A stretch of 59,808 nt of DNA, counting the filler. It is 4 parts of 4 records of this genome, joined end to end, with 100 filler letters (N's around TTAATTAATTAA, not from the genome) between each part and the next. Parts side by side here need not be neighbours in the genome. Positions count along the whole stretch, not along the records: positions 1 to 12,601 come from SRR22947727_4356; 3 more parts are not named here. One strand, given 5' to 3'. Both the position numbers and the translations under genes were made by a program. Under the pieces are notes generated by a model. It was not told the origin of the DNA. It saw only the letters and a program-made list of their open reading frames with translations, and searched no databases. Positions 1-8,960 of this stretch are shown here, one piece after another. The first letter of the stretch is position 1, and the number at the start of each line of letters is the position of its first letter.

Positions 1-1
1 A

Positions 2-94
2 TTGCTCACCAACGATGGTTGGGCCGGCGTGTTGCCAAAGCCATATGCGGTCGAGGATCTCTCGTCGACGCTGGCGAAAGCAATGCAGAACTAA
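2..94 (+). CDS. C-terminal fragment of a response-regulator receiver domain protein (5' truncated by window edge)
   Basis: Frame 2 reads LLTNDGWAGVLPKPYAVEDLSSTLAKAMQN*. G-x-x-G-V-L-x-KP-Y followed by a helix matches the end of a REC domain. Not in the ORF track. Confidence 0.6.
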   Translation: MLTNDGWAGVLPKPYAVEDLSSTLAKAMQN

Positions 95-104
95 TTCTCT
101 CCAA

Positions 105-147
105 CGAACCAATAGGGTACGTTCGGCGATTCAACCCTATCTGATCG
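105..147. repeat. Inverted pair of 21-bp REP-like palindromes
   Basis: cgaaccaatagggtacgttcg (105-125) + g + cgattcaaccctatctgatcg (127-147, reverse copy), flanked by tctctcc...ggagaga. Confidence 0.8.
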
Positions 148-198
148 TGGGAGAGATTTTCGCTCGATCGAACTGTGAAATGCTGTCACGTTTCAGAG

Positions 199-1695
199 AT
201 GAAATTTTCCCGAATCGCCCTCGTCCTCTCGCTCGTTTTTGCGGCGCTCATTGCCTCTGCGGAGGATCGACCGCCGAATGTGGTAATCATTTTCACGGAC
301 GATCAGGGTTACGAAGACGTCGGAGTTTTCGGCGCGAAAGGCTTTGAGACGCCCCATCTCGATAAAATGGCGGCGGAGGGCCGTAAATTCACTCACTGGT
401 ATGCGGCGCAAGCAGTGTGCTCAGCGTCACGGACGGGACTGCTAACGGGCTGTTATCCGAATCGAATCGGAATGCACGGCGCTCTCGGACCGGGAAGTCG
501 GACGGGCCTGAACTCAGATGAAATGACGCTTGCAGAAGTGTTTAAAACCAAAGGCTATGCGACGGCAGCGTTTGGAAAATGGCATCTCGGAGATCATAAA
601 AAGTTCCTCCCTCTCCAACATGGTTTCGACGAATATTTCGGGATTCCTTATTCGAATGACATGTGGCCAAAGCATCCCACATCGGGTGCAAATTTCCCTC
701 CGCTTCCCCTCTTCGATGGGAATGAAAGACTTCGAATCGCGGACGAGGGCGATCAAAAAATGATGACAACCTGGCTCACCACCAAAGCGGTCGATTTCAT
801 CAATCGTAAGAAGCACAAACCATTTTTTCTCTACGTTCCGCATCCGCAGCCACATGTTCCGCTTTACGTCAGTGATCGATTTGCGGGAACCACGGAGCGT
901 GGCCTTTACGGGGATGTCATTGCGGAGATTGATTGGTCCGTCGGGGAAATTCTGAACGCGATCAAAACCAACGGGCTGGACGACAATACGTTGGTGATTT
1001 TCACAAGCGACAACGGTCCGTGGCTTAGCTACGGGACCCATGGAGGATCTGCCCTACCGCTTCGCGAAGGCAAAGGCACTGCGTGGGAAGGTGGGATGCG
1101 CGAGCCCTGCATCATGCGCTGGCCGGGAAAAATTCCGGCAGGAACCATCTGCGACACTCCGGCGATGAACATCGATTTGTTACCAACCATCGCAAATCTC
1201 ATCGACGCTGATTTACCCGAGAAAACAATCGACGGTCTCGACATTTGGCCAATTCTAGCGGGCGAAGAAGGCGCGACCAATCCCCACAAGGATGGCTACT
1301 GGTTCTATTACAAACGGAACGAGCTGCACGCCGTCTCTGAAGGAAAATGGAAACTGTATTTTCCGCATCAATACCGAACGATGGCCGGAAAACCGGGCGG
1401 TAATGACGGGACACCCAATTCCTACGCGAGTGCAAAATTAACCGAGCCCGAGCTCTATAATTTGGCTGATGACATGTCTGAAACGAAGAACGTAGCGGCG
1501 GAGCATCCAGAAGTCGTGAAGTCGCTTTTAGCAAAGGCCAAAATTGCCCGTGTCGAATTGGGCGACAAGCTGACGACAAATTCGGACAAAGGGGCGGGTT
1601 CGCGATCTCCGGGATTGCTGACCGATCAGGAGGTCGCGGATTTGATGAAAATCCACTGGCCAAATGGGAAACCAGCGAAGAAAAAGAAGAAGTGA
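199..1695 (+). CDS. Secreted formylglycine-dependent sulfatase (arylsulfatase A-like)
   Basis: Signal peptide, PNVVIIFTDDQGY, catalytic CSASRTGLLTG (CxxxR), GKWHLG, SDNG. ATG 199 preferred over 175. Lys-rich C-terminal tail. Confidence 0.93.
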   Translation: MKFSRIALVLSLVFAALIASAEDRPPNVVIIFTDDQGYEDVGVFGAKGFETPHLDKMAAEGRKFTHWYAAQAVCSASRTGLLTGCYPNRIGMHGALGPGSRTGLNSDEMTLAEVFKTKGYATAAFGKWHLGDHKKFLPLQHGFDEYFGIPYSNDMWPKHPTSGANFPPLPLFDGNERLRIADEGDQKMMTTWLTTKAVDFINRKKHKPFFLYVPHPQPHVPLYVSDRFAGTTERGLYGDVIAEIDWSVGEILNAIKTNGLDDNTLVIFTSDNGPWLSYGTHGGSALPLREGKGTAWEGGMREPCIMRWPGKIPAGTICDTPAMNIDLLPTIANLIDADLPEKTIDGLDIWPILAGEEGATNPHKDGYWFYYKRNELHAVSEGKWKLYFPHQYRTMAGKPGGNDGTPNSYASAKLTEPELYNLADDMSETKNVAAEHPEVVKSLLAKAKIARVELGDKLTTNSDKGAGSRSPGLLTDQEVADLMKIHWPNGKPAKKKKK

Positions 1696-2372
1696 GTTTG
1701 GATTTTATGAATCGACGAACAGACGCATCTTTTTTCGCCAGCCGATTTCCTGCAGCTTTGGCGAGTCTTGTGATCTCGATGACGACGAATATCGCGGCTG
1801 AGACGAATTTCGGACGCAAGATCACGATTTACCTCAACGAAACCGATCCTGAGAAAAGCTACGGAACTCTTCAAATAAAAGGGAATCCTGACGTATTGAA
1901 ATTTGTTGTCGGATTTGGGAAAAAAGGCGTTTTGAAAGAGGGTAAAACGTTCACGGGCAACTATTCGCTGCTCGGCGAATTCCGAGTGAACGCAATTCTG
2001 ACTTCAGGAACGCGGTTTGAAATGGATCCTAAATTGGTCTCCGAATCAGGAAAAACCGAGGCGTTTCTAAAGTCCCAGCTTTTCAAAAACATGTCGTCGA
2101 TCGATTTCGATGGTGATGGAAAAGGCGGTGAATACGGAGCCGCGTTTATTGGTCTTGAGCCTCTGGATACAGAGGCAAAGCAGCCATTTCACTTTGGCGA
2201 ATACGCAGGGACATTCCGCTGGTATTCGTATGCAATTCACGGAACCCAAGATGAATCGCGGATCGGAAAAATGGTGACTGGGGGCTGCATCAACGTCGGT
2301 GCGGAAGCGTTGGCTGCATTGGCGAAACGAGTAAAATTGGGCGATTTGGTAGAAGTGCGGCTGGCCGAGTAA
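1692..2372 (+). CDS. L,D-transpeptidase (YkuD family); start uncertain
   Basis: YAIHGT...TGGCINV: His/Cys catalytic motif of the YkuD domain at the C-terminus. Confidence 0.8.
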   Translation: MSLDFMNRRTDASFFASRFPAALASLVISMTTNIAAETNFGRKITIYLNETDPEKSYGTLQIKGNPDVLKFVVGFGKKGVLKEGKTFTGNYSLLGEFRVNAILTSGTRFEMDPKLVSESGKTEAFLKSQLFKNMSSIDFDGDGKGGEYGAAFIGLEPLDTEAKQPFHFGEYAGTFRWYSYAIHGTQDESRIGKMVTGGCINVGAEALAALAKRVKLGDLVEVRLAE

Positions 2373-2380
2373 AAATCGCT

Positions 2381-3319
2381 TCACTCGCCCAACATCTCCC
2401 GCGCGGCTTTCGCATCAGCTGCGATTTGGGCTTTCAACGCATCCAGGCCGTCGAACTTTTGCTCGCCGCGGAGGAATTTCACGAACTCCACTTCGATATC
2501 TTCACCGTAAATTTCATGATTCAGCCCGAAGAGGTGAACCTCGAGTAAAAGCTTAGCTTTGGCGCCTTCAACGGTTGGGCGAAACCCAAGGTTAGCGACG
2601 CCATTCCACGAATCACCAGCTCCATCGGCGCGGACTGCGTAGACACCCACCGGCGGCAATTGCTCGCTGTGAACGGCCAGATTGGCAGTCGGGAAATTGA
2701 GGGTTCGCCCGAGTTTTCGGCCTTCGATCACTGTCCCGAGAACTGAGTAAGCCCGCCCTAAAAGCTCGCGTGCGATCTCAAATTCGCCGTGGGTGACAGC
2801 TTCTCGAATCCGCGTGCTGCTCACTGGAACTCCGTCGATTTCAAAAATTGGCACTCCACTCACTGAAAATCCTTGTTCAGCTCCAATTTTTTCCAACAAA
2901 GCAACATCTCCGCCACGCCCCCGGCCGAATTTCCAACTTTCACCCACAGAAATACGGGCAATTCCCCCGGACGATGCAGCACTCTCACACAGTTCGTTGA
3001 CGAATGACTCGGCTGGCTTTTCGGCAAACTCAGTATCAAAAGAAATCACCAGAAGGTGCTGAATCCCCATTTTCGAAAGCAAGCGAACCTGATGGGGAAG
3101 CGAGGCCAGCAACCTCGGCGCTTTTTTGGATGCGAGAACCCGGATGGGATGAGGATCAAACGTAACAACAACCGCTGTGCCGCCAGAGTTTTTGGCAGAT
3201 TCGGTCGCGTTTTCGATTACCGCCTGATGCCCCAAATGAATACCATCGAACACCCCAATCGCGAGGTGCAATGGACCTGTGATCGTGCTGAGATCTGCAA
3301 TACGGGTGTGGACTTTCAT
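2381..3319 (-). CDS. ribF: Bifunctional riboflavin kinase / FAD synthetase
   Basis: IGVFDGIHLGHQ, TFDPHP, VSSTRIR, GRTLNFPTAN, EVHLF motifs. Confidence 0.96.
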   Translation of the reverse strand: MKVHTRIADLSTITGPLHLAIGVFDGIHLGHQAVIENATESAKNSGGTAVVVTFDPHPIRVLASKKAPRLLASLPHQVRLLSKMGIQHLLVISFDTEFAEKPAESFVNELCESAASSGGIARISVGESWKFGRGRGGDVALLEKIGAEQGFSVSGVPIFEIDGVPVSSTRIREAVTHGEFEIARELLGRAYSVLGTVIEGRKLGRTLNFPTANLAVHSEQLPPVGVYAVRADGAGDSWNGVANLGFRPTVEGAKAKLLLEVHLFGLNHEIYGEDIEVEFVKFLRGEQKFDGLDALKAQIAADAKAAREMLGE

Positions 3320-3389
3320 CGATGCGCGAAGCAGACCCTATCGCCTGATTTTGATATGGGGCAAGAGCACATTCAAGAAAGCGGACCTC

Positions 3390-3773
3390 ACGCAGTCTGG
3401 CGACGGCGCGTCCAAATCCGCCCACGTAGAGCTGACTAATGGACGGAACCTAAGTGAAGGTCGTTGTGTAAAACACCCAATTGATGTTGGACTTGCCATT
3501 GGTCGCCGTCGCCGCGGACGCAAAACCCGTTGCCGCTTGATAATCTCCACCATAGAGAAAATCGTTGGTGGTTGTTGAAATGTAGGCGTTGTCGATAAGC
3601 GAAGCTGCGCTGGAAACTCCGTCAAAAGTCTAATCAAACACGATGGCATTTCCGCCAGCAGCCGTATAATCTGCATCTTCGAAACCGAATGACCACACGA
3701 CCTGAGCAGAAGCCTGACTGGCTCCAAGCACAAAACATGCGATTGAGAACAAGAGGAGTGATCTCAGCTTCAT
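3390..3773 (-). pseudogene. Disrupted secreted protein with degenerate PEP-CTERM-like tail (two in-frame TAG stops); 3' end approximate
   Basis: From ATG 3773: MKLRSLLLFSIACFVLGASQASAQVVWSFGFEDADYTAAGGNAIVFD*TFDGVSSAASLID...FYTTTFT*VPSISQLYVGGFGRAVARLR. TAG at 3632-3630 and 3452-3450. Confidence 0.55.
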
Positions 3774-3846
3774 AAATAATTAAAATTATTACAATAACGA
3801 TTATTTAATATTTTCGTAACCCGTTCTTTTCATATTTGCTTACAAA

Positions 3847-5787
3847 ATGAGTGATTCCCCTCTGAAAATATTAAAGTCCACCTTCGGGCACGAGAGCTTT
3901 CGTCCAGGGCAGCTGGAGGTGATTGAAATCCTGATGGCTGGTCGCTCAGCTCTGGCGGTTTTTCCGACAGGTGGTGGAAAAAGCCTCTGTTTTCAACTGC
4001 CTGCGCTTTTGCTTGATGGACTGACCCTCGTCATTTCTCCGCTGATTGCGCTGATGAAAGATCAGGTAGAATCCCTTCAACGCGTGGAGGTTGCAGCCGC
4101 CCGTCTCGATTCGAGCTTATCATCTGAAGAAGTTGCCGAGATTTACAATCAGCTGGAAAAAAACGAGTTGAAGCTGCTCTACGTAGCGCCCGAGCGAATG
4201 GCGAACGAAGGATTCCTGCGCAGATTAAAAGTCGCCAAAATCAGCCTTCTCGCTATTGACGAAGCACACTGCATTTCAGAATGGGGTCATAATTTCCGTC
4301 CCGATTATCTTAAAATCGCCAGTCTTTCTGAAGAATTGAAGATTCCCCGCGTTCTAGGCCTGACCGCCACCGCAACGGCGAACGTGTCCGCCGATATTCG
4401 AGCCAGCTTTGATATTCCGCCGGAGGATCACATCCAAACCGGCTACCGAAGGGAAAACTTGAGCTTTCACGCCACGCCTTGTCGGTCAGAAGATCGCGTT
4501 GCCCTGCTAATCGAACGCTTGAAGAGTCGCCCCCCCGGCCCTGGAATCGTTTATGTGACCCTGCAACGCACGGCTGAAGTGATCGCCGGTGAATTGAAGG
4601 CCGCTGGATTCAACGCCCGTGCTTATCACGCTGGAATGAAGGACGAACATCGCGCCGAAGTCCAAGATGGATTCATGGACGACGAAATCGATCTGGTTGT
4701 GGCAACAATCGCTTTCGGGATGGGAATCGATAAGGCGAATATTACTTACGTTTATCACTTCAATCTGCCCAAATCGCTCGAAAACTACATTCAGGAAAGT
4801 GGACGGGCCGGCCGCGACGGAAACGAAGCGATTTGCGAAATTCTGGCCTGTGCTGACGACCGGATCGTTCTGGAAAACTTCGTTTTCGGCGACACCCCGG
4901 CCGAATCCGCCATTCGCTCTCTCGTCGAGCACATGCTTCTGCAGGGGGATTCATTTAGCATATCGCGTTACGATTTGTCAGCCACCAAAGACATCCGTCC
5001 ACTTGTCGTTGCGACCGCCCTCACCTATCTCGAACTGGAAGGAATTCTCATTCCCAAAGGGCCTTTTTACGGTGCGTTTCGAGTGAAAATCATATCGACA
5101 ATGCCCCAAATCATGGCTGGATACGACGCCGACCGGCAGGCGCTTTTGCAGCAGATCTTCGAAGCAGGGAAAAAAGGTTGGTACTCTACTACTATTTTCG
5201 ATATCGAAGAAGTTTCACTAAAAATTCAGCAGCCCGAAGATCGTATTCGCCAGGCGATTCAGTATCTTGAAGAAATGGGCGATATCACCGCCAAACCAAG
5301 CAAACTTCGCCATGCCTATAAAATCGCTCCCGGTGCTTCCCGCGATGTCTCGGCTCTTACAAAAAAGCTCATGGCGCTTTTCGACAAGCGGGAACAATCC
5401 GAGGTGATTCGCATCGAAAACGTGATCGAGATTTGCGAATCGGGGACCTGTTTAACACGCCAATTTGTAAATTATTTCGGCGAATCTATGGCCGAAGAGT
5501 GCGGCACCTGCGGAAATTGCCAGGCTCCGTCAAAGACCCGCCTACCCCTTTCCTGTTCTATCACCGGAGAGCTCTCAACGGATCAAGTCGAGATGATTCA
5601 CGAGCTTCATGGCGAAAAACATGCCTCCCTGCGACGCCCGCGGCAACTGGCTCGATTTCTGTGCGGAATCGCCAGCCCGGCTGCCATTCGCGAGCGTTTA
5701 ACATGGAAGGACGACCGATTCGGCAGCCTCGGAGAAATCCCATTCCAGATAGTTCTCGCTCAAGCTGAGGCACTTGTGACGTTTTGA
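3847..5787 (+). CDS. recQ: RecQ-family ATP-dependent DNA helicase
   Basis: PTGGGKSLCFQLP, DEAHCISEWGHNFRPDY, TATA, QESGRAGRDG, Zn-binding C...CGTCGNC. Confidence 0.93.
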   Translation: MSDSPLKILKSTFGHESFRPGQLEVIEILMAGRSALAVFPTGGGKSLCFQLPALLLDGLTLVISPLIALMKDQVESLQRVEVAAARLDSSLSSEEVAEIYNQLEKNELKLLYVAPERMANEGFLRRLKVAKISLLAIDEAHCISEWGHNFRPDYLKIASLSEELKIPRVLGLTATATANVSADIRASFDIPPEDHIQTGYRRENLSFHATPCRSEDRVALLIERLKSRPPGPGIVYVTLQRTAEVIAGELKAAGFNARAYHAGMKDEHRAEVQDGFMDDEIDLVVATIAFGMGIDKANITYVYHFNLPKSLENYIQESGRAGRDGNEAICEILACADDRIVLENFVFGDTPAESAIRSLVEHMLLQGDSFSISRYDLSATKDIRPLVVATALTYLELEGILIPKGPFYGAFRVKIISTMPQIMAGYDADRQALLQQIFEAGKKGWYSTTIFDIEEVSLKIQQPEDRIRQAIQYLEEMGDITAKPSKLRHAYKIAPGASRDVSALTKKLMALFDKREQSEVIRIENVIEICESGTCLTRQFVNYFGESMAEECGTCGNCQAPSKTRLPLSCSITGELSTDQVEMIHELHGEKHASLRRPRQLARFLCGIASPAAIRERLTWKDDRFGSLGEIPFQIVLAQAEALVTF

Positions 5788-6043
5788 TACCCCTCGTAGC
5801 ATAGTTTATACGCAAATCGGTTGCAGCTCACTATACTTTAGCGCATTTTCTAGAATCTCCGTGATTTCAGAACTCAAATAGGCTATTCGAATGCCTCAGG
5901 CTAAGTGCACGGCGGAAGCGCATCCACGCCGATTACCAACGCAATTTCGATTGGGGTTCAATCAGGAGATCACGACTGAAACATATTCAACGGAAGGGTT
6001 CGAACAGATTTTGAAGAAATCCCGAAACCGGCTACCCTGTCTC

Positions 6044-8134
6044 GTGTCCAAAATTCTGTGGTTTCGCGTTGTCCTTCTTACGACTCCGTTTGCGCTCGTC
6101 GCGGCGGGTCTGTGGCTGTCGGTAAAAGCGCGCCAATTCCGCTTCTCCCGCAGCGCGGACATGATCTATGTCGTCCAGTCGCCTCCCGGAGAATTCAACC
6201 CGTTTGTCCCGAATACCGGCGTCACTCGCGAAATTACGGACATGATTTTCGAACGCCTCTTTCGGCGTGATGACGATTTGAAATTGCGCGCTCATCTCGC
6301 CGAGTCCTGGAGCGAACACCAGCGCATCACGCTTCGGATGAAAGACGAAGAGTCCGCCATTGCCGGAGCCGAAATCCTGAAGTCGGAAGAAGAAAACGTA
6401 AAATCCGTCGGCATTCTCGAAGCCAAGCGCGAGGGACTCATCCTTCGGGCGTGGTTAAATGGCCACGACCGCTCAAAAGTCGACGAATTTTTGGCACTCT
6501 TCAAACCCGAACAAAAAGCGGAGTTACTGAAAGTTCGGCTTCGAATTCGCGATTCCATTGACCAATCTCTCGGCCTGTTTCTGGAAAATGCCGTCGAACG
6601 CAACCAGGTTCAGATGCTCCACTACCGCAACGATCAGGAAGCCGACCTCTTTCTCGAAGGCGACACCGATCTCTTTTTGAAAGAAATCCGGCTTTACTAC
6701 GAATCCAACCGCGATCTCGAACCCGAAATCGTCATTCTCGACCAGTCCAGTTTCTACACCGAAATGGATATGAGCCTGAAGCTCCGTGACGATCTCCATT
6801 GGCAGGACGGAGAGCCGATCACTGCCAAAGACGTCATTTTTTCCTACAACGAACTGACCCGTCCGGGCTCCATTTACCCTTTGAAAGACGATTTTTGGTT
6901 TGTGGACAGCGTTGAAGAAGTCGGCGCACTCGAAATCCGTATCGAGTGCGCAGCCTCCAGCGCCGTCATGCTGGAGAGTTGGGAAAAACTTCCCATACTC
7001 CCCGCCCACCGGCTTACCCGAAACATGACCGACGAAGCCTGGCGCGAATTCTTCAAAAAACCGATCGGCAGCGGCCCCTACGCCATGCTCGAAAGACGCG
7101 ACGACGGAGGAGTCATACTAGCCGCTCACACCGGCTACTTTCGCGGCGCCCCAAAGCAGGAGCGCATCATTTACCGCATGATGCACGATCGGGAGGAACG
7201 CCTTCTCGGAATGAGGCTGGGACGAATCGACATCATGGAGCCCGATCCCCGCGAGCAGCTTTGGATGGAACGCCACCAGGATCAAATCCGGTTCATTGAT
7301 GACGTCCCCCGCTACCAAACCTTCGTTGCCTGGAATTTGCGACGCGATCTTTTCGTCGATCCCAAAGTCCGCCGCGCCCTCGCTCTCGCCGTCGATACCG
7401 AAACCATCGTCCGGGAATGCTCCGGCGACGAAGCCAAGCCCTGCCGAGGGCTCTACTTTCCAGGCAGCCCCTACGCTAAAAAATCGCCAAACACTCCCGG
7501 ATTCAATCTCGAAGAAGCCAAAAAAAAACTCGCTGACGCCGGTTGGAAATCCGGCCCCGATAACCAATGGAAGCTCCCTGACGGAAAACCTGCTACCTTC
7601 TCGATTGGCTATGATGCAGGAAACTTACTCAACGAAAAACTCGCCGTTGAGCTGGCCCGCGCGTGGAGCAAACTCGGAGTGGACGTCGATATCCAGCCCC
7701 TCCCCTGGCCCGAACTTCTCGGTTTGTTCCCCGAAGCGAACTTTGATGCCGTCATTCTTGGGTGGGAGCTTGAAGTCGGCCGCAATCAACGCTCTGTCTG
7801 GCATTCGCGATTCGCCGCTCCCGGCAGCAGCAACTTTTGCGGCCTCCGCAGTTCCGAAGTCGATAGCCTCCTTGAGCAAATTCTCCTCGAAACCGATCCC
7901 GAAAAGGCCGTCGAGTTGACCGGCAAACTTCAGGACAAAATTGCCGAGCTTCAGCCAGCCCTTTTTCTTTGCGAAACCGGACGTCACCTCGCCATTCGAC
8001 GTGGCGGGCTTGTTCAAGTTCGTCCCCGAATCGACGGCGAAATGACCGCCGAAAACCTCATGATTGGTCGCACCGGATTTTCAGCAGTTCGCCCCTGGTG
8101 GGTTCGAAAAGAGCCCGCACCCCAAAAGGAATAA
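6044..8134 (+). CDS. ABC transporter peptide/nickel-type substrate-binding protein (family 5) with N-terminal membrane anchor and large insertion; start uncertain (5891 or GTG 6044)
   Basis: HLAESW, LRDDLHWQDGEPITAKDV, PIGSGPY, DPKVRRALALAVD, EAKKKLADAGW motifs typical of OppA/AppA/DppA. Confidence 0.85.
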   Translation: MSKILWFRVVLLTTPFALVAAGLWLSVKARQFRFSRSADMIYVVQSPPGEFNPFVPNTGVTREITDMIFERLFRRDDDLKLRAHLAESWSEHQRITLRMKDEESAIAGAEILKSEEENVKSVGILEAKREGLILRAWLNGHDRSKVDEFLALFKPEQKAELLKVRLRIRDSIDQSLGLFLENAVERNQVQMLHYRNDQEADLFLEGDTDLFLKEIRLYYESNRDLEPEIVILDQSSFYTEMDMSLKLRDDLHWQDGEPITAKDVIFSYNELTRPGSIYPLKDDFWFVDSVEEVGALEIRIECAASSAVMLESWEKLPILPAHRLTRNMTDEAWREFFKKPIGSGPYAMLERRDDGGVILAAHTGYFRGAPKQERIIYRMMHDREERLLGMRLGRIDIMEPDPREQLWMERHQDQIRFIDDVPRYQTFVAWNLRRDLFVDPKVRRALALAVDTETIVRECSGDEAKPCRGLYFPGSPYAKKSPNTPGFNLEEAKKKLADAGWKSGPDNQWKLPDGKPATFSIGYDAGNLLNEKLAVELARAWSKLGVDVDIQPLPWPELLGLFPEANFDAVILGWELEVGRNQRSVWHSRFAAPGSSNFCGLRSSEVDSLLEQILLETDPEKAVELTGKLQDKIAELQPALFLCETGRHLAIRRGGLVQVRPRIDGEMTAENLMIGRTGFSAVRPWWVRKEPAPQKE

Positions 8135-8142
8135 GGCTGCAA

Positions 8143-8185
8143 CGAACCGACAGGGTTTGTTCATTGAACTGACCCTGTTGATTCG
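8143..8185. repeat. Inverted pair of 21-bp REP-like palindromes between convergent genes
   Basis: cgaaccgacagggtttgttca + t + tgaactgaccctgttgattcg. Confidence 0.8.
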
Positions 8186-8192
8186 TAAAAAA

Positions 8193-8822
8193 TTACTGAT
8201 CGCCCTTACCGCCTCCGCCATCTCTGCCACCTTTTCCTCCGCCAAATCCGCCTTTTCCTCTGCGGTCGCCACCACCTCCGGGAGGTCCAAATCCACGGCG
8301 TGGTGATTCTTCACCGCTCAGCTCGCGAATGGCGCGCTCGGCTTCCATCTCGGCGCGAAACTCAGTGCGCTCAACTTCAGTAATTTGATTGTCGCCGTCT
8401 TTATCAGCCTTGCTCATGAATTCCCACATGCGCTCAGGAAGTTCGTCTTTTCCAAGATTTCCATCACCGTTTTTGTCTACTTCAGCCATGAATTGCTTGC
8501 GACGCTCATCGCGAGCTTTCTCACGATCTTCTTCGGACATGTTTTCCCATTCCTCGCGACGCTTGTCCCACTCAGCTTTCCGAGCCGCCTTGTCTTCGTC
8601 GGACATGTTTTCCCATTCCTGACGGCGCTTGTCCCGATCGTCTTCCCTGGAATCGGTTTCCGCCACAACGGGTTCGTCGGGCGTCTCTTTTACGATTTTT
8701 TTAGGAGCCTGAATCGTCGGCTTTTCAGCAGTTTCTTCAGGGGGTCCTTCTTTGCAGCTTGAAAGAATGAGCACAAATGGCACGACGGCCACCCAACCAA
8801 TGATTTTTTCGATCTTTTTCAT
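8193..8822 (-). CDS. EF-hand domain lipoprotein with charged tandem repeats and Gly-rich tail
   Basis: Lipobox-like ILSSC; 2x KRRxEWENMSxED repeat; EF-hands DKNGDGNLGKDE and DKDGDNQITEVE; start at MKKIEK (8822). Confidence 0.78.
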   Translation of the reverse strand: MKKIEKIIGWVAVVPFVLILSSCKEGPPEETAEKPTIQAPKKIVKETPDEPVVAETDSREDDRDKRRQEWENMSDEDKAARKAEWDKRREEWENMSEEDREKARDERRKQFMAEVDKNGDGNLGKDELPERMWEFMSKADKDGDNQITEVERTEFRAEMEAERAIRELSGEESPRRGFGPPGGGGDRRGKGGFGGGKGGRDGGGGKGDQ

Positions 8823-8960
8823 GAGGTCTGATTTTCCAGTGGGTAATGAAACCCAGGTAATTGTAGAAAGTTTCGCAATTAATGAAAAGAACATTGTGGC
8901 GTCGATAAATGCGCCATGCAATTCACTTGTAAACCCCGCCACGATCGAACAGGTTTAATC

